Source: Bdellovibrionales bacterium
Lineage (GTDB): Bacteria > Bdellovibrionota > Bdellovibrionia > Bdellovibrionales > UBA1609
Length of the DNA: 50,864 nucleotides
NCBI GenBank assembly: GCA_031412575.1
Contig: JANODG010000088.1
Coordinates: 1-50,864, forward strand
Reading direction: 5' to 3'
Each line of letters opens with the position of its first letter. Position 1 is the stretch's first letter. Positions 27,466 through 36,384 of the stretch are shown in pieces. The translations under genes and the position numbers were made by a program. The notes below the pieces were generated by a model. The model did not search any database and was not told where the DNA came from. It was given only the letters and a program-made list of their open reading frames with translations.

Positions 27466-28470
27466 ATGAAAAAAAAAGCAGTCATATTTTTAAATATTGG
27501 TTCACCTTCAACCACTGAAGTTAAAGATGTTAAAAAATATTTAAATCGATTTTTAATGGATCCTTATGTGATCAATCTTCCATCTTTTTTAAGATGGTTA
27601 TTTGTTACAAAACTTATCGTTCCAAGACGTGCTCCGAAATCGGCTGAAGCTTATAAAAAGGTTTGGACTAAAGATGGCTCTCCATTGGTGTCGATCACAA
27701 AGCGCCTGATGGAAAACTTAAATTTAATAGATACAGAACATGAATGGTTTTCAGCGATGAGATATTCTGAGCCTGAAGTGTTAGACGTGCTCGCTGAAAT
27801 AAAAAACAAAGGTTATGACAGCCTTGTTGTTTTCCCGGCCTATCCCCAGTACGCGGCTTCATCAACGGAATCCATTGTTCAGTATGTAAATGAAAAGTTA
27901 AAGGTTATGGGATGGAAACCTAACCTTTATCAAATTCAAGATTTTTATTTAGAGCCAGAGTTTATTGATAACATTGCTCTTGAAATTCCAAAAAATATAA
28001 ACCCTAAAGAATTTGATCATGTTCTTTTCTCATTTCACGGCCTTCCCGAAAGTCATCTTAAGAAAGTCAGCTCCACATGTCAGTTTTCAACGTGCTGTGA
28101 TCAAATCACCGAAGTGAATAAAAAATGTTACCGCGCCCAATGTTATCAAACGGCAAAAGCAGTGGCAGAAAAACTTGGTCTAGAAAAACGCAAGTGGACT
28201 ATGTCTTTTCAAAGTCGACTGGGTCCTGTCAAATGGATTGAACCTTATACCGATGTGGTTTCTGTCGAACAAGCAAAACAAAAAAATAGTCTTTTGGTGT
28301 TTTCACTGGCTTTTGTCACAGATTGTTTAGAGACTTTAGAAGAGTTAGACATTGGTTTAAGAGAAGATTTTTTCGAGCACGGTGGCGAAAAATTTGAACG
28401 TGTTCCTTGTTTAAATGAAAAATTTTATTCCGCTGTTGGAGTAGCGAAAAAAGCCATAAAACTAATATAA
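27466..28470 (+). CDS. hemH: ferrochelatase
   Basis: 334 aa with the N-terminal VIFLNIGSP, FSFHGLPE and a C-terminal ...DCLETLEELD segment, all typical of HemH. Confidence 0.92.
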   Translation: MKKKAVIFLNIGSPSTTEVKDVKKYLNRFLMDPYVINLPSFLRWLFVTKLIVPRRAPKSAEAYKKVWTKDGSPLVSITKRLMENLNLIDTEHEWFSAMRYSEPEVLDVLAEIKNKGYDSLVVFPAYPQYAASSTESIVQYVNEKLKVMGWKPNLYQIQDFYLEPEFIDNIALEIPKNINPKEFDHVLFSFHGLPESHLKKVSSTCQFSTCCDQITEVNKKCYRAQCYQTAKAVAEKLGLEKRKWTMSFQSRLGPVKWIEPYTDVVSVEQAKQKNSLLVFSLAFVTDCLETLEELDIGLREDFFEHGGEKFERVPCLNEKFYSAVGVAKKAIKLI

Positions 28471-28604
28471 AGTTTTAAAAAACGCGCAATTTTAATTAAA
28501 TTTTAATTGTGCTGAATTTTGTCAGCTGAATTGACAACCCACAAAAGAAGTAGAAATCGCAAAATAAAACCAAGAGGAATATTCCCCCTCAGTTAACCAA
28601 ACTA

Positions 28605-29744
28605 TTATTTACAAGCAGCTAGCATAATAGTTTTAAGCTCTACCAAAGCTTCTCTAACCTCATATTCTAAGGGCAACCTTTGGGCTAACGAACTACTTAG
28701 TTGAAATGACGATGTATATTTTTGTTTAAGGTTTTTTTCTTCGAGAATATCATTAATATAATTTTCTAATGATCCACAATTATCAAATATCAATCGATTA
28801 CTTGATAAAAAACGATAAGCAAGACTTAACATAATTAGGCGTTCTCTTTTTGATTTTGAAATGCTAGAAATTCGTTCTTCAATTTCGGTATAAAAGTCTT
28901 TTAATCGCTCTATATCTTCATAATTAGAAAGCACTTTGCCATCTTTGGTGATCTTATTATAGTAATTAGAGGCTGAATTAAACCCCCTTTGAAATGCATC
29001 GGCTGGGGATACGTCTAAGAATGTACCAACTCGAACAATACCAATGCCTCGCGATTTTAACCAATAAAGTGTTTCTAAATCCACAGCCTTCGTTGTTGGA
29101 ATAACTATTAACGAATCCGTGTTTGAGTAATGTCTAGAAAAGTTCACGTTTATAGATATCAAATAATCTGGTTTATTTAAGTAATAGTTATCTATACCCA
29201 TGCTGAACACGATATCTTCGTGATCTTTGAACAATACTTCAAACTCTTCTTTATAATCAATCGCACGACCTACTTTGAACAAATAATCATTCCCATCAGC
29301 AGAAGTTAACATTTCAGCATGAAGTGCATAAAAGAACGATAGCTTTTGCAACCAATCATAACTTATCCCATTCTGAGTATATCTTCTTATCAATTTGTGA
29401 GTGAATGATTGTAAGACTTCAGCAGACGCTTTTACGTCCTCTCGATCAGATTTATTTATTAATCCAGTTAAAGAATCAAGGAGGCTATTTAAAGTATGAA
29501 GTACTGGCTCAGATTTTAAAACAGCTTTTTTCTTCCAATTGATAAATGGGATTGTAAATCTCGGCTTAGAGTTTCTTATCTCTTGAGCCACTTGATAAAT
29601 TTCATCTCTGACTTGATATCTAAATTCTTCTGAATCTTTAGCGCCCTTGTCAGAGCGTAAATAAATGTCACACTGTATAGTTTTGGCGTGGGTTGTAAAA
29701 GAAAAAAGTAAAAGAACTAAATAAACTTTAATGTATTTTTTCAT
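28605..29744 (-). CDS. hypothetical secreted protein
   Basis: 379 aa with signal peptide ...TTHA/KT. No family recognised. Confidence 0.5.
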   Translation of the reverse strand: MKKYIKVYLVLLLFSFTTHAKTIQCDIYLRSDKGAKDSEEFRYQVRDEIYQVAQEIRNSKPRFTIPFINWKKKAVLKSEPVLHTLNSLLDSLTGLINKSDREDVKASAEVLQSFTHKLIRRYTQNGISYDWLQKLSFFYALHAEMLTSADGNDYLFKVGRAIDYKEEFEVLFKDHEDIVFSMGIDNYYLNKPDYLISINVNFSRHYSNTDSLIVIPTTKAVDLETLYWLKSRGIGIVRVGTFLDVSPADAFQRGFNSASNYYNKITKDGKVLSNYEDIERLKDFYTEIEERISSISKSKRERLIMLSLAYRFLSSNRLIFDNCGSLENYINDILEEKNLKQKYTSSFQLSSSLAQRLPLEYEVREALVELKTIMLAACK

Positions 29745-30235
29745 GACATCCTCTATTTAAATTTTTTTTATTGGAAATTTGCATAATCTAAGCCAATTTT
29801 AGTAATCGCTAGATCAATTCAAAACCGCAACAAAATAAAAAGCTATTCAAAAGTGCCAAATTTTGACCCATTGAAAGCTTAGCTTCGTTCAAAATGGTCT
29901 CTTGGCTTGTCTTCCAATTCATTTTTATTTCGGCCGGATTAGTGGCGAGAGTATATTTTACACCGAAAAGAGGGCCTGCTCATTAAATAATATTTAGGTC
30001 CCCTTTGATCTGTAAATGAAGAAATAGCCCGTATCTCCGGTTTTTTGGTGCAATCTATGGGAAACAAGCTGGGACATAATAAGTGGTTATATACTCCATT
30101 TGCCCTTTTGATTGGACCTATATCCTTCTTTTCTGTACTTCTACAACCCGGGATTAACGTTGACTTCAATTGCAGAAGTTCACGTTGTTTTAGAAATAGT
30201 TTTTCTAAATTAAAAGTGATGAGGGGTTTCAAATC

Positions 30236-31048
30236 GTGAATAGAATTTGTTATATTTTGCTGACACTTTTATTGAGCACCACAAGTTTTTCGGCTGATTT
30301 TGTCAAAGTTGGTATTTTTGATATTAGCTTTTATAAAGTTGAACAACTCATCCCTGAAAGCCTAACTCCAACAACAATTATGACCCCACACAATTTATAC
30401 TCTCCGCATGGTGCATCTGTGGCCTCGCTTATCTTTAATCCTGAATATGGTGGCTCGTCTCACGGGAAGTTATTGCTGATGAACACGGGTATCCAGTATG
30501 AAGACTTTTACAAAGGTATTCAAAAAGCCATTGAGCTTAAAATCCAAGTCATAAGTATATCTTTATCTTTAATAAACTCTTCGATTGCAGAATTAATCAA
30601 TCAAGCCAACCAAGATCATGGGATCCTGTTTGTCGTTTCGGCTGGTAACGCTGCCCAAAGAAAAGGGCGCGCGCTTCCTTCGTACTATAAAGATCTTAAA
30701 GCGATCATAGCGTCTTGCATCGACCTTAACGGTGATGTTCCTGATTTTGCTCAGCTCGATTCAAGCGTTGACATTCTGGCTCCGTGTGGTCGCTCTAATA
30801 TTATGACTCAGATTTATGAACTCCGTCGTGGGGTCATCGATCATCCTTTTGGAGGGACAAGTGCCGCAGTTCCGCAAGTCGTATCTTTTATGATTGATGA
30901 GCTACACAATAACAGTAGTCTGAATCTTGACGATTTTAAACAACTTATGAAATCTCAGGCGAAGTACTTTTATAATTACGAAGGTTCTGTTTATCCCGTT
31001 TTAAATAATATTCAAAAAATTAAAGTTCAACCAGAACTCTCCATGTGA
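30236..31048 (+). CDS. compact subtilisin-like (S8) serine peptidase
   Basis: 270 aa, GTG start, signal peptide. The triad contexts are GIFDIS (Asp), SPHGASVASL (His), SAGNAA (oxyanion Asn) and GGTSAAVPQV (Ser). Confidence 0.7.
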   Translation: MNRICYILLTLLLSTTSFSADFVKVGIFDISFYKVEQLIPESLTPTTIMTPHNLYSPHGASVASLIFNPEYGGSSHGKLLLMNTGIQYEDFYKGIQKAIELKIQVISISLSLINSSIAELINQANQDHGILFVVSAGNAAQRKGRALPSYYKDLKAIIASCIDLNGDVPDFAQLDSSVDILAPCGRSNIMTQIYELRRGVIDHPFGGTSAAVPQVVSFMIDELHNNSSLNLDDFKQLMKSQAKYFYNYEGSVYPVLNNIQKIKVQPELSM

Positions 31049-31159
31049 TTTCGTTTGGAAGACCTAAGTGTGAAAGGATCTTCTTAGAACTCACGAAATT
31101 ATTACATTTATTGTACATACCTTAAGACACCTCGACAGTAGTTTGATACTTACTATTTT

Positions 31160-32632
31160 ATGAAAGCTTATCTTGTTTGTTTATTATTAGTAAACTTTAT
31201 TTTATCGACCGCTTCAGCAAACAGAAACGACTCCGCGCTGTGTAGTGAATACTTGAACCAACAATCTTCTTTAAGATTGGCCGCGATATCAGTCAATGAA
31301 GCTGCACGAAGTATTAAGACCAACGAAGGCGAAATCAAAATACCAGCGACACAAGAACTTACTGATCGCTTCCTAGATGATTCGCCTTTGACTTTATTGA
31401 TAGAAAATCAATTAATTTATTCTGCATTTTTTAAAGAAAAAATCAAAAACATAGCTTTATCTAGAGCCATAAATTTTAAAGCTGAGTTTCCTGAAGAGAT
31501 TCGAGCTCTGACAGCTCAACAAATTCAAGAGCTCGCAAGAAAAATTTATTCAAATATGCTCTCTGAACTGCTGCAATTAACATCTATGGAAGATCCAAGA
31601 TACCAAACTTCGAACACTTCAAAACTTAAAACCTTAAGGTCTTTGAGTCAGGATTATGTTCTTAAGAAGTTTGAAGAGGCTCTGATTGAAATTGGCCAGC
31701 GAAATAGTTTTTTAAACTACTCTTCTGAATTGGCAGAAATGAACAAAAAAAGAGGATTTTTCACTAAAAGTAGCTTTCTTGAAAACTATATATTGGTGCC
31801 AGCACTCACGCTCCCTGGAGTCTTACTCTATAACGGAGATTACACTTCCATTATACCACATGCTTTTTTTGCAGTTGTTTTTTCAATTCTTCCTGATTTT
31901 TTAGGCGGTGATTTAAAAAAATCTATTCATCGAAGAAAACTATTAAAACAAATTCACATAAATCATGAAGTCACTAGAAAAACGCACCTGGAAAATATAT
32001 CGCCGTCTGATTATAGCGCTTTAGATTTAACTAAGTTCGACGTCTTAATTGAAAACTACAAACTAGATAAACAGCAGGGTCTAACAGCGTCAAAAAAACT
32101 TAGGCTAATTCAAGACATCTACACGCCCTTAACCAGATTTTTTATTTCAGACTATTTAACTGCAGTTCAAAAAACAAAACTTAACGATATTGATTTTTTT
32201 AATCGAATCAAAGAAAGTCTACGAACCTTTAAGCCTTTAAGCAGTGAAGATGCTAAAAAACTCAAAGAAATAAGTTCAGTTTCATCTGAAGTCCGAACTT
32301 CCGCTGAAGGCGCTTTAACTATCTTAAAATACCTAGTTGATGAAATTTCAAACTTTTCTTTTGATGAAAAAAAATCTTTAAGAGATGAAGAATTAGAAGA
32401 ATTAGCTTTATCATTAACAGTTCAAGGTCAAACGTTAATCGCTATTGAACAAACCATAAAACACGCCTCTGGTATTATTTCAGGGGCCAGAAAACTTGAA
32501 ATCGCAGAATCGGCTGTCCTTGTTAATAACTTACTAAGCACAAACAGCACAAGTTACCATGATACCTTATCTAAACTTTTTAAAGAGCTCGAACAATTTA
32601 CGAGAATTTCAGATTTTAGTAAAATTGAGTAG
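31160..32632 (+). CDS. hypothetical secreted/membrane protein
   Basis: 490 aa with a signal peptide, a central hydrophobic pair (ILVPALTLPGVLLY...AFFAVVFSILPDFLGG), and otherwise helical or coiled-coil-like sequence. Confidence 0.5.
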   Translation: MKAYLVCLLLVNFILSTASANRNDSALCSEYLNQQSSLRLAAISVNEAARSIKTNEGEIKIPATQELTDRFLDDSPLTLLIENQLIYSAFFKEKIKNIALSRAINFKAEFPEEIRALTAQQIQELARKIYSNMLSELLQLTSMEDPRYQTSNTSKLKTLRSLSQDYVLKKFEEALIEIGQRNSFLNYSSELAEMNKKRGFFTKSSFLENYILVPALTLPGVLLYNGDYTSIIPHAFFAVVFSILPDFLGGDLKKSIHRRKLLKQIHINHEVTRKTHLENISPSDYSALDLTKFDVLIENYKLDKQQGLTASKKLRLIQDIYTPLTRFFISDYLTAVQKTKLNDIDFFNRIKESLRTFKPLSSEDAKKLKEISSVSSEVRTSAEGALTILKYLVDEISNFSFDEKKSLRDEELEELALSLTVQGQTLIAIEQTIKHASGIISGARKLEIAESAVLVNNLLSTNSTSYHDTLSKLFKELEQFTRISDFSKIE

Positions 32633-32674
32633 GGCTATTCTCTTCAGGTACACCAATTGCAACGCTGAAGACAT

Positions 32675-33718
32675 ATGATTCTAAAAAAGGTTCAATTCGC
32701 CATTAAAGCGATTTTAGCATGGGTTTGTCTATCAAGCTTAGCTTTTGCTAATAGTACCGATGACAATTTTTGGCGTGATTTTCTAGCTAAGCATTACCCG
32801 CGAATAAGCTCTCAGGAAGCTTCACGATGGCAGTCACAAACTATAGAGATTTTTAAGTCTCAGGGGATTAATCATAGTCATCTGTCAAAGATTTCTCAGA
32901 GTGATTATTTTAAATTGTGGAATATCGCTTATGAATCGGCCCAAAGACCAAAGTTTGAGGATTTAATATTAATTGTTGATTTCTGGATTTCTGAATTAGG
33001 CTTAAAGAGTCTGAATCAATTTCTTAATAATACAACTCATTCAAACCCTTACCATATTTTTACAATAAATTTGGAAGGGTGGATTGCGTTTCGTGATCTG
33101 CTTTTAAATATTGGTGTTTTCGATGAAGATCCTCGCTCTGATAGAAGTGTGCAAGCATTTTTACTTAGATTTAATTGGGCGGAAGGAATTGCCACCAGCA
33201 AAAAAATGACCCCTGAGTTTTGGAATGGATGGAAAGATGTTTTTTTAAGTCATAAAACTATGAAATCTCAAGTGACCAAGTCTTTTAGTGTTTCTTACTT
33301 AAGTGATTATGCCAATCAAGATTTGATTCAACGATTATATGTTTCGCTGCCTCAGGGCTTACTTACATTATCGCTAAACAATGCAGATCTTATTTCCTCT
33401 GATTTGCTCATAGATTTTATAAACTCCGAAGATAAAATCTTGAGATCTGGGTTTGATGCCACGATCGAAGATACTCTTCGAACTCTAAATCAGTTGGTCT
33501 TAGGCAATATAAAAATATCGGGCAGACAATTCTCTGCAAGCGTTGCTAAATCGGTTGTTGCGAAATTAGTCTTTAGGGTCATGCGAGACCCTAATATAAT
33601 AAAAAACGAACGATATTTAAAATATGTAATTAAAGAAATTCTTTCGGATTTAAAAGAAGAAAGACTTCTAGAATCCACTAGGAGCGCGGGTAGAATCTGC
33701 GGGGAATATCTTAAATAA
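32675..33718 (+). CDS. hypothetical secreted protein
   Basis: 347 aa with signal peptide ...LAFA/NS. No family recognised. Confidence 0.5.
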   Translation: MILKKVQFAIKAILAWVCLSSLAFANSTDDNFWRDFLAKHYPRISSQEASRWQSQTIEIFKSQGINHSHLSKISQSDYFKLWNIAYESAQRPKFEDLILIVDFWISELGLKSLNQFLNNTTHSNPYHIFTINLEGWIAFRDLLLNIGVFDEDPRSDRSVQAFLLRFNWAEGIATSKKMTPEFWNGWKDVFLSHKTMKSQVTKSFSVSYLSDYANQDLIQRLYVSLPQGLLTLSLNNADLISSDLLIDFINSEDKILRSGFDATIEDTLRTLNQLVLGNIKISGRQFSASVAKSVVAKLVFRVMRDPNIIKNERYLKYVIKEILSDLKEERLLESTRSAGRICGEYLK

Positions 33719-33720
33719 GC

Positions 33721-33784
33721 ACACCGAAGGTGGAAAAACCAATCCGCGTGAGCTAGACAGCGCCGTATTGCGGCAGCCGGATTG
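33721..33784 (+). repeat. GC-rich repeat, truncated/degenerate copy
   Basis: CACC-GAA-GGTG hairpin plus GAAAAACC, fused to AATCCGCGTGAGCTAGACAGCGCC (compare AATCCGAGTGAACTAGACAGC in copy F). CAATCCG/CGGATTG pairing flanks it. Confidence 0.6.
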
Positions 33785-33874
33785 AAAAAAGATTAGTCAC
33801 TTAAACCTCAAATCTAAGTGAAGGACAGTACGATTAGGGAATGAAAATTGCCTTAAGTTTAATGGAGGTACGTT

Positions 33875-34804
33875 ATGAACGACATTAAAATTCAAAGAAA
33901 TTTGAAGGGGACAATTAAGGGGTTAGTTGTTTTGTTGTTAACATTAAATTTTAGTTTTATAGCAAATGCAGGACTGGTGTGTCCAAATTCAATACTCCGT
34001 GATTCTGCTTACGGTATGAGTAATTCACAATTAGTTCGTTTCAAGTCCAACCTTACAGAAAACAGAAACCGCGGTGTTACAAGAAGCGAAAAAGTGACCC
34101 GTGTTAAGGAAGCTGTCGAACATAGGAACGGAAATCTAGGATTTCCTGTTGGACACGATTCTCAGTCAGTTGCTGAAGCTGCAGTTTGGGCTGCAGGTTG
34201 TACAGGAAATGATTTCAGTGTTTTTGCTGCGATACTTAGTGTTGAATCTGGATATTGCGGAGACCTAAGAGGTGGTGGAGCAGACTCTGGATGTTCACAG
34301 TTATCTGTAAGAAAAGGAGCATCAGTTCACGAACTAAAAAGTCAGTTAAACTTAAAAGGCGGCGACGGTAAAGCAAACCCTGACGTGACCCAAGCGGCAA
34401 AAGACATGGTGATGACGTGTTTAAATAATGATAAATCCCAGTATGATGCTTTTATGACTTTTTATAATCGTCCGTTCGAAGAAATCAAAACCGATTTAAG
34501 AAGTGGCCAAAATGTTTACTTCGATGTGCTTATGGGCGCGCTCTACTTAAAATTTGTGACTGCCTTAGCTGGTGGATACATTGTTCCAGGGGATTCTCCG
34601 GGTGGGATCGCAAGATACAACGGCGGTGGAGTTCCAAATTACCTAGGCAAAGTTCAAGGACTTAACCAAGGAGAAGGTCGCTTAGAACAAATTTCAGGTA
34701 CATGTTATGAAGACAAATTTACACCTAACGTACTAGGCGAAGCCTGCGGAACTATGGGACTTAAAGGAGAACTGTGCAACAGCGTAAGTGGGATAGAGAT
34801 ATAG
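33875..34804 (+). CDS. secreted lytic-transglycosylase-like (SLT/lysozyme-like) protein
   Basis: 309 aa with a signal peptide. AILSVESGY (catalytic Glu-Ser), GCSQLS and ARYNGGG resemble the SLT motifs ES / GLMQ / AYNxG. The TAG stop abuts repeat copy B. Confidence 0.5.
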   Translation: MNDIKIQRNLKGTIKGLVVLLLTLNFSFIANAGLVCPNSILRDSAYGMSNSQLVRFKSNLTENRNRGVTRSEKVTRVKEAVEHRNGNLGFPVGHDSQSVAEAAVWAAGCTGNDFSVFAAILSVESGYCGDLRGGGADSGCSQLSVRKGASVHELKSQLNLKGGDGKANPDVTQAAKDMVMTCLNNDKSQYDAFMTFYNRPFEEIKTDLRSGQNVYFDVLMGALYLKFVTALAGGYIVPGDSPGGIARYNGGGVPNYLGKVQGLNQGEGRLEQISGTCYEDKFTPNVLGEACGTMGLKGELCNSVSGIEI

Positions 34805-34955
34805 CGCCCCACGCAGTGGGAAAAGTTCCGCCCGCTGCAGGCGGAAAAGTTCCAGCGAGCACTTGGGGGCCACTGCATGCATCGCTGTACAGCTCTCGCA
34901 TGTGGCCGTCGTGCGAAGCCGCCCAAAAGTGTGCGAGTGAACTAGACAGCGCAAC
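34805..34955 (+). repeat. GC-rich multi-hairpin repeat, copy B (long form with extra internal hairpin)
   Basis: Two [stem-GCA-stem]-GAAAAGTTCC boxes (CCCAC-GCA-GTGGG and CCGC-TGCAG-GCGG), then AGCGAG, the outer stem CACTT/AAGTG, an extra GGCCAC...GTGGCC hairpin, and GAGTGAACTAGACAGCGCAAC. Confidence 0.9.
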
Positions 34956-35877
34956 AAAAACAACTAACTATAATCTTAAAAAGATTATAGTTAGTTGTTT
35001 TTATTCACTCATCCTTCTCCTCAACCTCACATCCTGCAGCAAAGACCACACTTACATCAACGCCCCAAACCCAGACCCAAACTCTAGCTACCAAACCGGC
35101 CCCACATGGAATCGCGAAAAATTAATCCTAACCACAAATCTACCATTTCAAATTTTAAACATGAACCGTGCTTATAAGGGTGACGTGGGCGTCGGCGTTT
35201 ACTTAGGGGAATTTAAGGGAAAACACATTGGCATGACGGCGGCCCACCTTTACCCAGATCTGACATCTTGCAAAGACGAAGTTTCTTTCTTAATTCAAGA
35301 TCAAGAACAATTTCATTACTACCCTTGCGACGGGTGGAGTTTCACACTTAAAGATAACGACATTATGTTTTTTGAAATCAGCATTCAATCCGCAGACATA
35401 AACTTATTGTCCCCAGTGAACGTATCAAAAAATCCCACATCAATTAATCAGCAGCTGAAACTTATAACCTTTGAACGAAATTTCGAAGATCAGACAGTTG
35501 AACTTTATTCCGATTCAAGCACCGAATGTAAAACATTAAGCAATGAAGCTAAGCAGATCGCCGATCCTGATATCAGCGACGACCGTATGATCACCTCGTG
35601 GTCAATGGCCATGGGCTGTGATTCGAGGCACGGGGATTCGGGTGCCCCTGTTTACAATGAAGTCCAGCAATTAGTAGGTCTTCTTTGGACGGGTAAATAT
35701 CCTAAAAATCAATCCAGCCAAAGTTTTAGTTCTTTAACTGAAACTCAACTGTGGGAAGACTATAATTATTTTGTTCCCGTTGAAAAAATCAAAGAAGAAC
35801 TTGGGAAATTAATGGTTAGCTCTCAAGTGAAAACTTCCGACCAAAATACTTTATCCCAAATCTTTAACTCTTTTTAA
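34900..35877 (+). CDS. trypsin-like (S1) serine peptidase, probable lipoprotein; start uncertain
   Basis: The triad contexts are MTAAHLY (His), DNDIMFF (Asp) and GDSGAPVY (Ser), with a lipobox-like LLLNLTSC. The only in-frame ATG/GTG upstream of the signal peptide (34774, 34816, 34900) lie inside repeat copy B. Confidence 0.65.
   Translation: MWPSCEAAQKCASELDSATKTTNYNLKKIIVSCFYSLILLLNLTSCSKDHTYINAPNPDPNSSYQTGPTWNREKLILTTNLPFQILNMNRAYKGDVGVGVYLGEFKGKHIGMTAAHLYPDLTSCKDEVSFLIQDQEQFHYYPCDGWSFTLKDNDIMFFEISIQSADINLLSPVNVSKNPTSINQQLKLITFERNFEDQTVELYSDSSTECKTLSNEAKQIADPDISDDRMITSWSMAMGCDSRHGDSGAPVYNEVQQLVGLLWTGKYPKNQSSQSFSSLTETQLWEDYNYFVPVEKIKEELGKLMVSSQVKTSDQNTLSQIFNSF
34956..35007. terminator. very strong hairpin: perfect 22-bp stem, 3-nt loop, A5/T5 flanks (bidirectional terminator-like)
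   Basis: AAAAACAACTAACTATAATCTT (34956-34977) is the exact reverse complement of 34981-35002. The right arm also encodes KKIIVSCF of the downstream ORF. Confidence 0.75.
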
Positions 35878-36147
35878 AAATTCAGACTTAGTCATGAGGT
35901 TCACTGACTCGGTTGTTGGGTCGAAAACAATATGAATTTCTTTTTTATTAAGTTGCCTTTGAATCTGTTGGATCTTTAAATCCAGACTGGCTTCGAAGTT
36001 CCCGTAGTCCGTGCCTTCTCGCTGAATGAATTCCTCGATGATCGATTGAAGGATCTCGCTTGATAACTGCTCGGGCTTGATTTCAATTGGATTACTATCT
36101 GAATCATTTGTTTTTTCTTCATCAAAAATATTTTCGTTAGTCATCAT
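35851..36147 (-). CDS. YheU-family (UPF0270) protein
   Basis: 98 aa. LQSIIEEFIQREGTDYG matches the YheU signature (LIEEFVxREGTDYG). It overlaps the convergent protease gene by 27 nt. Confidence 0.7.
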   Translation of the reverse strand: MMTNENIFDEEKTNDSDSNPIEIKPEQLSSEILQSIIEEFIQREGTDYGNFEASLDLKIQQIQRQLNKKEIHIVFDPTTESVNLMTKSEFLKRVKDLG

Positions 36148-36384
36148 TAACTATCCCTAGCATAGTGTGTAATCTAAACAGTAGAACTTAGTATAAATAG
36201 CCATAAGCATAATTTAGGCCTTAAGTTTTTTAAATTTAAAAGTGCCTCAAAAAGACAGTCTTGTGTTAAAAGTAACCATTTATATTTGTGATGCAAACTT
36301 AAGTTCTCTATATCATAGCATTAAATGGCATGTTTAGTGCTGATAATAAACGGTCTAATAGTTTATAAAATCTAAGGAGTTAAA

